Source: a virus
Taxonomy: Duplodnaviria > Caudoviricetes
Direction: 5' to 3' (one strand)
Length of the DNA: 64,000 nucleotides
Virus record (IMG/VR): IMGVR_UViG_3300020399_000003
Span: 9,994 to 73,993 of that record
Shown here: positions 40,784 through 49,978 of the stretch, in pieces
Numbering within the stretch: position 1 is the first letter of the stretch
Layout: each line of letters opens with the position of its first letter
Position numbers and translations under genes: made by a program
Notes under the pieces: model-generated
Databases searched by the model: none
Told to the model about the DNA's origin: nothing
The model's input: only the letters and a program-made list of their open reading frames with translations

Positions 40784-41094
40784 TATTCATTGTTCTCCGT
40801 ATCTTTAGGATCACAGACTTCTAAATAGATATCATTATTTTTAGCTACTTGGGCTAAATCCTCACTTACAATTGGAGGAGGATTATTCTGAAGTAACCAT
40901 TGTTTAGTATCTTCACTAAACTTAACCTGTCCATACCAGGCACACTCTTTAGAATAATAAGTATCAGCGTTGTAGAGTCCTAGTCCGAAGTTGGCGACAG
41001 GAGCCGCCAATTCGGATAGAATACCCATACTGCTACAACCCGTCAAGAACGTCAGGCATACCAGCCCTGTCGCGAACCTTTGCTTTAGCTTCAT
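40783..41094 (-). CDS. Lipoprotein, possible o-spanin
   Basis: Lipobox FLTGC; overlaps the 3' end of the upstream membrane gene in another frame. Confidence 0.55.
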   Translation of the reverse strand: MKLKQRFATGLVCLTFLTGCSSMGILSELAAPVANFGLGLYNADTYYSKECAWYGQVKFSEDTKQWLLQNNPPPIVSEDLAQVAKNNDIYLEVCDPKDTENNE

Positions 41095-41320
41095 CGATTT
41101 CTTTCTCTACAGCTGGAGCTGCAGCCATTCCTTTTGGGTGATTAATATTGTTAAATACATTTCCAGCTAACCAATTGAAAATAGGCCAGACAGTTCCTAG
41201 TACTGGAATTTTCTGTACAAATTTATCAGGTAGAGATCCAGTAATAGCAGTAAATACAAGTACTATTTGTCCTGCTATTGCAAACCATCCTTGTCCTTCA
41301 AACATTGCAGCAATATCCAT
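41033..41320 (-). CDS. Membrane protein (i-spanin/holin candidate)
   Basis: Hydrophobic segments; Rz/Rz1-like overlap. Confidence 0.5.
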   Translation of the reverse strand: MDIAAMFEGQGWFAIAGQIVLVFTAITGSLPDKFVQKIPVLGTVWPIFNWLAGNVFNNINHPKGMAAAPAVEKEIDEAKAKVRDRAGMPDVLDGL

Positions 41321-41321
41321 A

Positions 41322-41627
41322 CTAATCTCCTACGTTCATTTTTAAAGATTTAGGTGGCTCAACTGGCATCCAATAATTTGGGTGCCGAATAAATGTTGGA
41401 GTACTTAAATCATATACAGCGTAACAATCTGTTTCTGAAGATTTGAATACCATCTCCTTATTATTTCTAGGTCGAAATGAACATGATACTGGCGATGCGT
41501 TATAGCTCACCTCTAAGCCAGATTTATGTATTAACTGGACCTGCGTTGGAACTTGATTCACAGTCCAGAAAGCCATTTTATGTGGAGCAGGTATTACGAG
41601 TAAAATCGCAATAGCGAGCTCATTCAC
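41322..41627 (-). CDS. Hypothetical protein
   Basis: ORF with ATGA coupling. Confidence 0.55.
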   Translation of the reverse strand: MNELAIAILLVIPAPHKMAFWTVNQVPTQVQLIHKSGLEVSYNASPVSCSFRPRNNKEMVFKSSETDCYAVYDLSTPTFIRHPNYWMPVEPPKSLKMNVGD

Positions 41628-41818
41628 TTTTTCTTACGATCTTGCCCCATCTTCCAAGTAGCCGCACCGCCAATGCCTAGTACTCCCCAAGCTTCTTGAT
41701 CGAATTGATGATAGCCCATCATTTGACAAACCATCATTGCTATACCGATTAACATAATTGCGTACGTTTTGTGGCCCGGCATCATTTTATCCACAAATTG
41801 AATAATTGTTTTAATCAT
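41624..41818 (-). CDS. Small two-TM protein (holin candidate)
   Basis: GHKTYAIMLIGIAMM...WGVLGIGGAA; basic C-terminus. Confidence 0.55.
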   Translation of the reverse strand: MIKTIIQFVDKMMPGHKTYAIMLIGIAMMVCQMMGYHQFDQEAWGVLGIGGAATWKMGQDRKKK

Positions 41819-42027
41819 TTTGGTGTATCTCCTTTATTTATTAAATGTGTGAGTACCATCTCAACATTGCGTTCTAGTGTATTAAGATCTGCTTTAGTCA
41901 CAACAGTTTTTTCTAATGCAGTGATACGATCACTTAAACTATCGTGATTATTAAATACTCTCTTGGTAATAAACGTGCCTACTATGGCGAGACCACCAAG
42001 TAACATTTCATTAAGTTTGTCTGTCAT
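41815..42027 (-). CDS. Small TM + coiled-coil protein (holin/antiholin-like)
   Basis: N-terminal TM, RITALE heptads. Confidence 0.5.
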   Translation of the reverse strand: MTDKLNEMLLGGLAIVGTFITKRVFNNHDSLSDRITALEKTVVTKADLNTLERNVEMVLTHLINKGDTPK

Positions 42028-42052
42028 AGCATTCTCCGTTATTAATCAACTA

Positions 42053-42607
42053 TTATTCTCCCATAGAATGATCATGTTTTATACCTCTAATCTGGATAGT
42101 TAACCGATTATCTACAGCTGATTCACTAATAGGAGTAATTAAATGTCTTTCACAGTTATCAAAAATAACTAATCTACCAAATTGAGGCTTAACTACATGT
42201 TCTTTATTGTCATTATCAAGCCAAACTAAAAATCCACCCCAATCAATATTCCAAACGGTATTAAGATATAATGTCGCACTGAAACTATACTTTATATCAT
42301 CATGCATAATTAGATGACTTAATGGTTCCCATTTATAAAAAGTATAAGTTATTGTAAAGGTAGGTTTTATTTGAACAATAGGAGCTAAATATTGTTCTAA
42401 ATCTGCGTGAAGTTGCTGGCACCAAATATCCCTATTCCAGATACCCTGTAATTCTATTATACTAGGTGCTGTTCCCCACTTAACTTGTCTCCAATCGTCA
42501 TTAGGTGCATGCATATCATCCAATATATCGATTGCTGTTTGTGGTGTTAGCACATTTTCATACAGGAGTGTCATTTTTAACCTGTTGAATTTGTTGAACT
42601 TTGCCAT
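42053..42607 (-). CDS. 2OG-Fe(II) oxygenase, prolyl-4-hydroxylase-like
   Basis: MHDD, WNIDWGG, HLITPI, RLTIQ. Confidence 0.85.
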   Translation of the reverse strand: MAKFNKFNRLKMTLLYENVLTPQTAIDILDDMHAPNDDWRQVKWGTAPSIIELQGIWNRDIWCQQLHADLEQYLAPIVQIKPTFTITYTFYKWEPLSHLIMHDDIKYSFSATLYLNTVWNIDWGGFLVWLDNDNKEHVVKPQFGRLVIFDNCERHLITPISESAVDNRLTIQIRGIKHDHSMGE

Positions 42608-42947
42608 CCTTTAAAACATATTCATCACCTGCTGTAAGATAATGTACAAATACACCATCAAAACTAGGATGGTAATGGGGGTGAGTTCTCTCGCCATTAA
42701 CCTGATAATGACCAGATACCGTAGCTTCTATATTTAGAGATTTAGCATCCGTAATATTATAAGCATTTGTTAAGTAATACCGAATAACTTCATTCGCAAT
42801 CTTTTCATATTCTTTTACAAAATCAAATGTTGGGTCTAGAACAGCTTTATTTACAATTAGTTCCATCAATTTTATCTTTATATCTTCAGGGGTGTTTAAC
42901 TGCATTTTGCCAATCTTTGTGGTCCAATTTTTAGTTATTTTCATCAT
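42558..42947 (-). CDS. N-terminal half of a TIGR02466-like 2OG-Fe(II) oxygenase
   Basis: THPHYHPSFDGVFVHYLTAGDEY; lacks the DPRP/WHE half. Confidence 0.65.
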   Translation of the reverse strand: MMKITKNWTTKIGKMQLNTPEDIKIKLMELIVNKAVLDPTFDFVKEYEKIANEVIRYYLTNAYNITDAKSLNIEATVSGHYQVNGERTHPHYHPSFDGVFVHYLTAGDEYVLKDGKVQQIQQVKNDTPV

Positions 42948-43779
42948 AGATTGTCGATAAAGGTTTTACTATCGTAGAATTTGTTTTTGTCAGTATTCTG
43001 TAATTAATAACGATTGATACTCTTATTCCACTTCCTGTAAACGTATTAGACTCATGCCAAATACAGGCAGGATGCATCAGTAGAGTTCCAGTTACAGGAC
43101 TCCATGCAAGCGCTTTATTACAATAAGGATAATTTTGTGAGGGTCTTGGATCTTGAAGTATTAAATTACCAGAACCATCAGTATTACTAGTTTTTAAATT
43201 ATTATCTAAATCAACAGGATACCTATTATCATCTAGTACATATTCATTACCCGCTGTTAAATAGTAAATTAGCACACCATCAAATCCATGATGGTAGTGA
43301 GGGTAGGTTCTACCACCGTAAACTTGATGATTACCAAATGATCTAGCTTCTATATCAAGATCATCTATATTCGTAATACCGTACGCTTCAGTAATATAGT
43401 CTCTAATTATTTTATTTGAGATTTTCTCAAATTCTCTAATTGCGTGTGCATTAGGATCATCGTTAGGGTAAATAAAAATGTTTGAACCATCATTTGCTAT
43501 TACCTGTATAAGTTGTTTTCTTAATTCTTCACCAATTTCTATTTTATCCTCGCCTAATGGTGTTGTCCAATGATCTGTAATTTCCATTGAAATTGGATGA
43601 ATACCTTGTGCATACGGATCATTAACCTCCTTAGATTGATTTCTTTCAATCATAAAGGTTGGATCAGCCGTAGTAAACAAGACTTCATCACATTCAATTT
43701 CAACTGCTTTATGTAGATCAGAAGTAGCACCAGGGCAATTGATAGCCCCATTCGGAGGTATTACAAAGTAATCCTTCAC
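42931..43779 (-). CDS. 2OG-Fe(II) oxygenase (TIGR02466-like)
   Basis: TYPHYHH, LILQDPRP, WHESN, GIRVSIVIN. Confidence 0.82.
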   Translation of the reverse strand: MKDYFVIPPNGAINCPGATSDLHKAVEIECDEVLFTTADPTFMIERNQSKEVNDPYAQGIHPISMEITDHWTTPLGEDKIEIGEELRKQLIQVIANDGSNIFIYPNDDPNAHAIREFEKISNKIIRDYITEAYGITNIDDLDIEARSFGNHQVYGGRTYPHYHHGFDGVLIYYLTAGNEYVLDDNRYPVDLDNNLKTSNTDGSGNLILQDPRPSQNYPYCNKALAWSPVTGTLLMHPACIWHESNTFTGSGIRVSIVINYRILTKTNSTIVKPLSTIYDENN

Positions 43780-43988
43780 TGTCCTGGCTGGATTAACTCG
43801 GTTAGTACTCGATAATTCACAACAATTGCAACCCGTATTCCATTTCCTAAAAATGGATTTGATTCATGCCAGACATAGGAAGGATGGCATATTGCCATTC
43901 CAGACTTCGGTGTAATAACATGAGTCTTTTCGTTAATAGGATAATTAACTACTGGTCTAGGGTCTTGAAGTATTAGTTCTCCTGTCAC
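43776..43988 (-). CDS. C-terminal half of a TIGR02466-like oxygenase
   Basis: GTG start overlapping the rSAM stop; LILQDPRP, WHESNPF, GIRVAIVVN. Confidence 0.65.
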   Translation of the reverse strand: MTGELILQDPRPVVNYPINEKTHVITPKSGMAICHPSYVWHESNPFLGNGIRVAIVVNYRVLTELIQPGQ

Positions 43989-45325
43989 TTGTCCTCCTTA
44001 GCATATTTTAGGGTCTCAAACCCAAATACATCTTTGCGATATTCTGGTAATGTTTCATGTTCAATTCTATGAAGAACATGCCCGGTTATCTCAAATAGGG
44101 AAGCTGCAAGCCACACTGCGTTGTCACTATAGGAGTTGTCGCATGACAATTCCCACTCTTTACTACCTCCTGACAAGAATAAACAAGAACCTTGACACAA
44201 ATGAAGTACTGGGCAAGTTCTACATTCTTCCCTATCAGACCAATGCGTTCCTGATTTTATATCAACAGATTCCAAATCATCCATTGTCCCAATCTTATGT
44301 GAAACACCGCCTGGGTTATTACCAGACACCGTTACGTTTTGGCAAGTAGTCACGTTTCCATTCAGATCAACTGCCATTGTATTTGGTGAATCCATTCCGC
44401 ATTTTTGCATTAAAGAACTAGAAGGTTGTTGGGATTTTAAAGAACCAATAAAATTCTCAATCTTTTGATTCAAAATAACAAAATGTTTTATTTTCTTATC
44501 CATAATTTCCCTAAAAGCTTTTCTTCTATAGCCAATATGTTCTTCTTCCGATTGCCATGACATAGAAGCTCCGCCTTCATCATATGCATCAACAGTTCCA
44601 CCTTCACCAATTCCAATCATCCCAAAGTTATTTATCATCCACCTTTGAATTTCTGCCCTACTATCGTTATCTTTATGAATCATAGAATTAACAGAAAATT
44701 TATTTCTTGGAACTAATAGATTCCTTAATTTGAATAACCATTTCTTTTGTTCTGGATCATCCAGTGGATCTGGACCTCTTGTTTTTTGTCCTATAGCATC
44801 ATGTGAAATAGATACACCAAAATCATATTTCAGGATAAAATCAATTATTTCTTGATTTATAAGAGAACCATTTGTAATAACACTATAGGTTGCATCAGGA
44901 TATTTAGCATGTAGTTGTTCTGTAACTAATTTCATTTTATTAAAATACAAGAATGGTTCACCACCCCACATTTCAAAGTGTAATTCTTCTCCTACAGTAA
45001 CTGTGTCAAATTTCTTTATAAAACTTTCAATTTCATTAGCATCTACATCTTCTGGCGAATATGTATCATCTGTATTTCTAGGTACAAATCTTTGTGAGCA
45101 ATATTCGCAGGAATAATTGCATTTTAAACCAAGTTGTATTTTAATTTTTGTAAGATCACGTTTCCCTGCATCCATCTTATGAAATGGAATCCAATCTTTA
45201 AATGTGTCCTGCGGTACTACAATATCACCAGATTCGTAACGTAATTCAGACGTTTCATTATCGTAATCCAATACCATCTCGTTTCCGCTTTCTGGTGATT
45301 CTAAATGAAATTTAAATTTTGCCAT
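43985..45325 (-). CDS. Radical SAM enzyme with SPASM-type C-terminal domain
   Basis: CNYSCEYC, WGGEPF, ITNGSL, VSISHD, CGMD...GNVTTCQ, CRTCPVLHLCQGSC. Confidence 0.93.
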   Translation of the reverse strand: MAKFKFHLESPESGNEMVLDYDNETSELRYESGDIVVPQDTFKDWIPFHKMDAGKRDLTKIKIQLGLKCNYSCEYCSQRFVPRNTDDTYSPEDVDANEIESFIKKFDTVTVGEELHFEMWGGEPFLYFNKMKLVTEQLHAKYPDATYSVITNGSLINQEIIDFILKYDFGVSISHDAIGQKTRGPDPLDDPEQKKWLFKLRNLLVPRNKFSVNSMIHKDNDSRAEIQRWMINNFGMIGIGEGGTVDAYDEGGASMSWQSEEEHIGYRRKAFREIMDKKIKHFVILNQKIENFIGSLKSQQPSSSLMQKCGMDSPNTMAVDLNGNVTTCQNVTVSGNNPGGVSHKIGTMDDLESVDIKSGTHWSDREECRTCPVLHLCQGSCLFLSGGSKEWELSCDNSYSDNAVWLAASLFEITGHVLHRIEHETLPEYRKDVFGFETLKYAKEDK

Positions 45326-45326
45326 T

Positions 45327-46106
45327 TTATATCCTAATTAGTGGATCAATAGATTTACTTGTACTAATATTAAAATTAACAGTAATAGCTACACGAATAC
45401 CAGAACCCATAAATGGATTTGACTCATGCCATAAATAGCCTGGATGTAATAACGTCAATCCTACTTCTGGTTTAAGATGCCAAGCCTTTCTATTATACGG
45501 ATATGATATAGCAGGTCTAGGATCTAAAAGAATTAAATTACCCGGTTCTTCAAATTCTTTTGGATGTGTACTAGGAGCTGTAGGAGCAAATGATACAATT
45601 TTTACAGCTTTAGGTGCATCAATTAAAAAATCTTCCCAATTATTATTTTCCATACAATCTACATCAATACTAATCTCATCACCCAACGTAAGATATGTAA
45701 TTGCTACGCCATCATAGCCATGATGGTAGTGCGGATAAGTACGTTGTCCCCATGATTGAACATTACCAAAACATTTTGCTTCTATATCCATATCTGCCAC
45801 ATTTTCAACATTCCACGCATTAGCAACATAATAACGAATTAATTCAGCTATATTTTTCTTATATAGATCAACAAATTCATTATCGGTAGAATTAGCAAAT
45901 AAATTATAATAATGTTTATTGCTATATCCATTCTCCATTGGATGAACATGTTGATATGTTTGTTTAACAATACATTTAATTAAACCAATTCGTACTTCGT
46001 CTGGCAAATCAAAACTAATTAATCCAAGGCTACTTGACCAATCATCCCGCAGTTCAAACGAATTATTTAAAGGATGATCTATATTATTTAAATAATGGTC
46101 ATTCAT
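45327..46106 (-). CDS. 2OG-Fe(II) oxygenase (TIGR02466-like)
   Basis: TYPHYHH, LLDPRP, WHESNPF, GIRVAIT. Confidence 0.82.
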   Translation of the reverse strand: MNDHYLNNIDHPLNNSFELRDDWSSSLGLISFDLPDEVRIGLIKCIVKQTYQHVHPMENGYSNKHYYNLFANSTDNEFVDLYKKNIAELIRYYVANAWNVENVADMDIEAKCFGNVQSWGQRTYPHYHHGYDGVAITYLTLGDEISIDVDCMENNNWEDFLIDAPKAVKIVSFAPTAPSTHPKEFEEPGNLILLDPRPAISYPYNRKAWHLKPEVGLTLLHPGYLWHESNPFMGSGIRVAITVNFNISTSKSIDPLIRI

Positions 46107-46894
46107 TCTAATGGTTTCAATAGTTCATTGTAACCATGTGAAACAATTCTAAAATTAACTACAATACATACTCTTATTCCTTCACCAAGCCACGGATTTG
46201 TTTCATGCCATACATAATTGGGATGAACAATTGTTAACCCTACTCTTGGGCTAATAGTATGTACTTTTTCCCAATACGGATAGCTTATTGCAGGTCTTGG
46301 ATCTTGAAAAATTACTGTGTGACCTCCATGCCTAGCAGATTTTTCAAAATCTTTATTCATTTGTTCTTCTAAAGGTTTATCTTCATCACCCATTTTAAGA
46401 TAATGAACTAAAACACCATTAATATCTTGATGATAATGAGGATAAGTTCTAGCTCCCGGCTGTTGAACATTACCGAAACATCTTCCTTCAAGCTGCATAT
46501 CATCTGCTTGTTGAACTCCCCAACCCTTACGAATGTAATAACGGATCATCTGGCAAGCTATTTCCTTAAATCCTAAAATTGAATCTTTTGCAAAAGGAAA
46601 TTCATTAACAGAATCAAAAAGATTATAGTGAGTAGTAGCATAAAATCCTTTTGAATGAGCCATTCCATAAAATTCAGGATTACTTTCTTTAAGTTCAGAT
46701 AATGCTGTTTCTTTGTGTATTAAAACCTTTACTAGATCTTTCCGCATTTTTTCTGGCAGACTTGTATCAGACTCCATAAAAGGGGTAGTAAATTTCTGAT
46801 CAATCTTTGCAAAATTATCTAAAGGATGACTAGTCGTATCTAGCGGTTCATCTTTTAAGTTTTTGTAAAACTCAACATGTTCTGCTGTTTTCAT
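46103..46894 (-). CDS. 2OG-Fe(II) oxygenase (TIGR02466-like)
   Basis: TYPHYHQ, FQDPRP, WHETNPW, GIRVCIV. Confidence 0.82.
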   Translation of the reverse strand: MKTAEHVEFYKNLKDEPLDTTSHPLDNFAKIDQKFTTPFMESDTSLPEKMRKDLVKVLIHKETALSELKESNPEFYGMAHSKGFYATTHYNLFDSVNEFPFAKDSILGFKEIACQMIRYYIRKGWGVQQADDMQLEGRCFGNVQQPGARTYPHYHQDINGVLVHYLKMGDEDKPLEEQMNKDFEKSARHGGHTVIFQDPRPAISYPYWEKVHTISPRVGLTIVHPNYVWHETNPWLGEGIRVCIVVNFRIVSHGYNELLKPLE

Positions 46895-47649
46895 GATATC
46901 CTCATGGATTCTTCATCCGTGTATACATTCAAATTAGTTTGTACACTCCATCTTTGTTCAGTACCCCGATATGGATATACAGCATGATCTAACCATTTCG
47001 GAAAAATGTAATAGTCCCCTACAGTTGGTATAATAAAACTAGTAGTTTCTGGACTATAATCATCTAGCGTACCTATATATTGGCTTTGCCATCTAAATTG
47101 TAACAGTCCGTCTGTTAAAAATCTTCCATTATTGTCAGGATTTTCTCGTGATTTAAAAGCATCTTGTCTAATATGTTCTGGTACTTTAATGTAACAGATT
47201 GTTGCAAGGCCAGTTCTTGCCTTAGTATAATGAGCATGTATAGGATTGTAATCATTCTGATTCATTTTTACAGACCAACAACTATCAATAGTTATTGTCC
47301 TATGCTCGTTCTCAACATTTACATTCGGTCTACCCATAAAATTTTGGTATGCGATACCTCCTTCTATAATTTCACTACAAAAGTTTCTCATTAATGGGTG
47401 TTCAATATCTAAGTTTGATTGATCTCCAGATATATTAGCCGCTAATTCAGAATTTGCTGAATTGTCATTAACATTTGCAATATATTTATGTACATCCGTA
47501 ATAATATCTTTAGACATTCTACCTCTTAATACACTGATAGCATGAAATGATGTCATTTCTTTTGTTTCAGTAATTGGTGTAGTTACTGTAGTAGCTTGAT
47601 GCCCCTTATTATCTATTTTCATATTAGATAAGTTGGAAGAATATCCCAA
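46891..47649 (-). CDS. 2OG-Fe(II) oxygenase (divergent member)
   Basis: YNPIHAH, IFPKWLDHAVYPY, RWSVQTN. Confidence 0.8.
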   Translation of the reverse strand: MGYSSNLSNMKIDNKGHQATTVTTPITETKEMTSFHAISVLRGRMSKDIITDVHKYIANVNDNSANSELAANISGDQSNLDIEHPLMRNFCSEIIEGGIAYQNFMGRPNVNVENEHRTITIDSCWSVKMNQNDYNPIHAHYTKARTGLATICYIKVPEHIRQDAFKSRENPDNNGRFLTDGLLQFRWQSQYIGTLDDYSPETTSFIIPTVGDYYIFPKWLDHAVYPYRGTEQRWSVQTNLNVYTDEESMRIS

Positions 47650-48428
47650 TTCCTATTTTCGATATTAAAGTTAATAACAATAGCAACGCGGATACCAGCT
47701 TTTGTATGTGTTTGGGTTTCGTGCCAGACATAACCAGGATGAATGAGAGTCATTCCTACCTCTGGTTTAAATGTTTTTGCTTTGTTATTGTATGGCATTT
47801 TAATGGCAGGCCTTGGATCTAGCATAATCAAGTCTCCACTAAAATCAGAATTTATAGCCTCAGGATCTTTATCATCTATAGCTTTTCGACCACCCGCGGA
47901 GCGGGCTGTGATTTGTACTAAATGGTCATTGGTTGACATAGTCCAATCATCAGCATCACTAAATAACGGGTAATTAAATTCCTCTCCAACAGTTAAATAG
48001 TGAACCAAAACACCATCCCATGCATGATGGAAATGAGGGGCAGTTCTTCTACCAAATGGTCTTTGTACATTACCAAAGCACCGAGCTTTAATTGCTGCAT
48101 CCTCATCTAGCCCCCATGCTTTATGAATGTAAGTCCTAATGATTTTTGAAGAGATTTTTTCAAATTCTGCTAAAGCATCTATTTCATTAGCGTCTAATAC
48201 TGTTTTCTGATCGTCATAATCAAATAGATTATAAATTTTATCGTCAAACTTTTTTAAGGCTTCAGATGTATTATTTACTTTATTATAGGTGTGTTCTGTA
48301 AATACAATACCCTGTTTAGTTAAGATAACTATTAAAATTTGTCTTAACTCTTCGGGTAAATAAATATTGATACTACCAATGGGAGTTGTCCATTCGTGTT
48401 CAACATTTAGCTTGTCATGTAGGTCCAC
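47619..48428 (-). CDS. 2OG-Fe(II) oxygenase (TIGR02466-like)
   Basis: TAPHFHH, MLDPRP, WHETQ, GIRVAIVIN; GTG start overlapping the upstream stop. Confidence 0.82.
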   Translation of the reverse strand: MDLHDKLNVEHEWTTPIGSINIYLPEELRQILIVILTKQGIVFTEHTYNKVNNTSEALKKFDDKIYNLFDYDDQKTVLDANEIDALAEFEKISSKIIRTYIHKAWGLDEDAAIKARCFGNVQRPFGRRTAPHFHHAWDGVLVHYLTVGEEFNYPLFSDADDWTMSTNDHLVQITARSAGGRKAIDDKDPEAINSDFSGDLIMLDPRPAIKMPYNNKAKTFKPEVGMTLIHPGYVWHETQTHTKAGIRVAIVINFNIENRNWDILPTYLI

Positions 48429-49423
48429 TAGGCTACCGTATAATTAACATCCTGGACACCAGTCAGATTTCTAAAACCAATCTTCACCTTAAATGTATCA
48501 CCAGATTCTAATCCTAGGGCTGTTACTTTAAAAGTACCAAGACCATCAGTTATAGGTACTCGAGTTTTAGGTAAATACCCAGCAGTTGATTCTAAATAAG
48601 CTTCAGAAGTTCTCGCAATTAGTGCACCATCTTTATCTACCATTTTAAAAGCAACAGTATCGGTACCATCTGCATCAATACTAGTACCGCCAGAAGTAAC
48701 CGTAAACGTAGGAAAGGCTTCATTCATTTCACCTAAATAGTTGTAACCATCGCCAGAAGTCTTAAACAATGCTTTTTCATCTGTTCCAATTAGCCAATCA
48801 TTCATTATATTTGTACTAAAACCACAGCCACGATTATATTTCATCGTAATTGAACAATCTGTGAAATTGTCTGTGTTAAATGATTTATAGATAAAAAGAG
48901 CAGCAGGAGCATTTTGCTGACGAACTGATCGCAAAGGATGGGCCTTACTATAGTGTGTATTTGTTAGTGAATTGTAACTAGCACTCGCTGAGAAGTCTGG
49001 TTTTATGCCTATCACCCAACAAGCAACATCTGATTTTTCACCAGATGCAATTGATGGATCAGTTGGATCAACCCAGGAGAACCCTGTATTTCTAAACCAT
49101 GTATCTTTTAATTTTTCTGTATAGGTGTCACGAATATTAGCAGGTATCTGCGGTAAAAATGTTTCACCAGTAACCATAGTTCCATGAAGTATTCCCGTTG
49201 GTAACTTGTCGTGGAAAACTCCACTCATAGCTGCTGGAAATTCTCCCAAAGCAGGAGCTGCTGGCATATGTAAACTTTGTTCTGGAAAAGGTCTATTAGG
49301 CATTGCACCGTTAAACTCATCTTCGTCAATGGGAGACCAGACTTTCAAACATACAAAATCATCATTAACTAATAGTTCTAAGTGGACTCCCATACTTAAA
49401 CTATCATAAAGTTTTTTAAACAT
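48428..49423 (-). CDS. Hypothetical protein with C-terminal Ig-like (Big-1-like) beta sandwich
   Basis: C-terminal SIDADGTDTVAFKMVD...GYLPKTRVPITDGLGTFKVTALGL...VKIGF. Confidence 0.5.
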   Translation of the reverse strand: MFKKLYDSLSMGVHLELLVNDDFVCLKVWSPIDEDEFNGAMPNRPFPEQSLHMPAAPALGEFPAAMSGVFHDKLPTGILHGTMVTGETFLPQIPANIRDTYTEKLKDTWFRNTGFSWVDPTDPSIASGEKSDVACWVIGIKPDFSASASYNSLTNTHYSKAHPLRSVRQQNAPAALFIYKSFNTDNFTDCSITMKYNRGCGFSTNIMNDWLIGTDEKALFKTSGDGYNYLGEMNEAFPTFTVTSGGTSIDADGTDTVAFKMVDKDGALIARTSEAYLESTAGYLPKTRVPITDGLGTFKVTALGLESGDTFKVKIGFRNLTGVQDVNYTVA

Positions 49424-49435
49424 TTTGTTCCTTTC

Positions 49436-49966
49436 TTAGCAATTACAAGCACAGGCACAAGCACATGCCCCACCAAAACAAGCCGGACCGTTAGTTGTGC
49501 AATTAGGATGATTGTTGCAGTTATTTGGAGAATTATTACAATTAGTCTTACCATTACCATTTGTTGCGCAATTGGGATGATTATTACAATTACTAGAGGA
49601 GTTGTTACAATTAGTAAATCCTCCTCCATTAACTGAACAGTTAGGCATACCATTCCCATTAGTTGTACAATTTGCATGCCCAGAACCATTGGTTGTACAG
49701 TTAGCATGATTAGTACAGTTAGTTTGCCAGGTATTATCTCCTCTTAAATACTTTCCAGCACTAGGAGAGGCTCCCATTCGTGCAGGAACTAATGTACCAC
49801 TACTAATGTTATCCGCATTAGTGGTATCTGTTGTAGCTGAAGCAACCAGAGCAGGTTTGTTTAATAAGGTATTCCAATCTGATGCAGGGGCATTGTCTAA
49901 TGCTCCTCCAATAACATCACCGCCACTATCTAAAAGTCGTGCTATTTCATCTGCTCTAGTAGTCAT
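49436..49966 (-). CDS. Tail-fibre-like protein with Asn-Cys repeat C-terminus (copy 4)
   Basis: LLNKP, TTNADNISSGTL, YLRGDNTW, then 15 Cys; ends CACACNC. Confidence 0.75.
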   Translation of the reverse strand: MTTRADEIARLLDSGGDVIGGALDNAPASDWNTLLNKPALVASATTDTTNADNISSGTLVPARMGASPSAGKYLRGDNTWQTNCTNHANCTTNGSGHANCTTNGNGMPNCSVNGGGFTNCNNSSSNCNNHPNCATNGNGKTNCNNSPNNCNNHPNCTTNGPACFGGACACACACNC

Positions 49967-49978
49967 TAATTAACCTCT

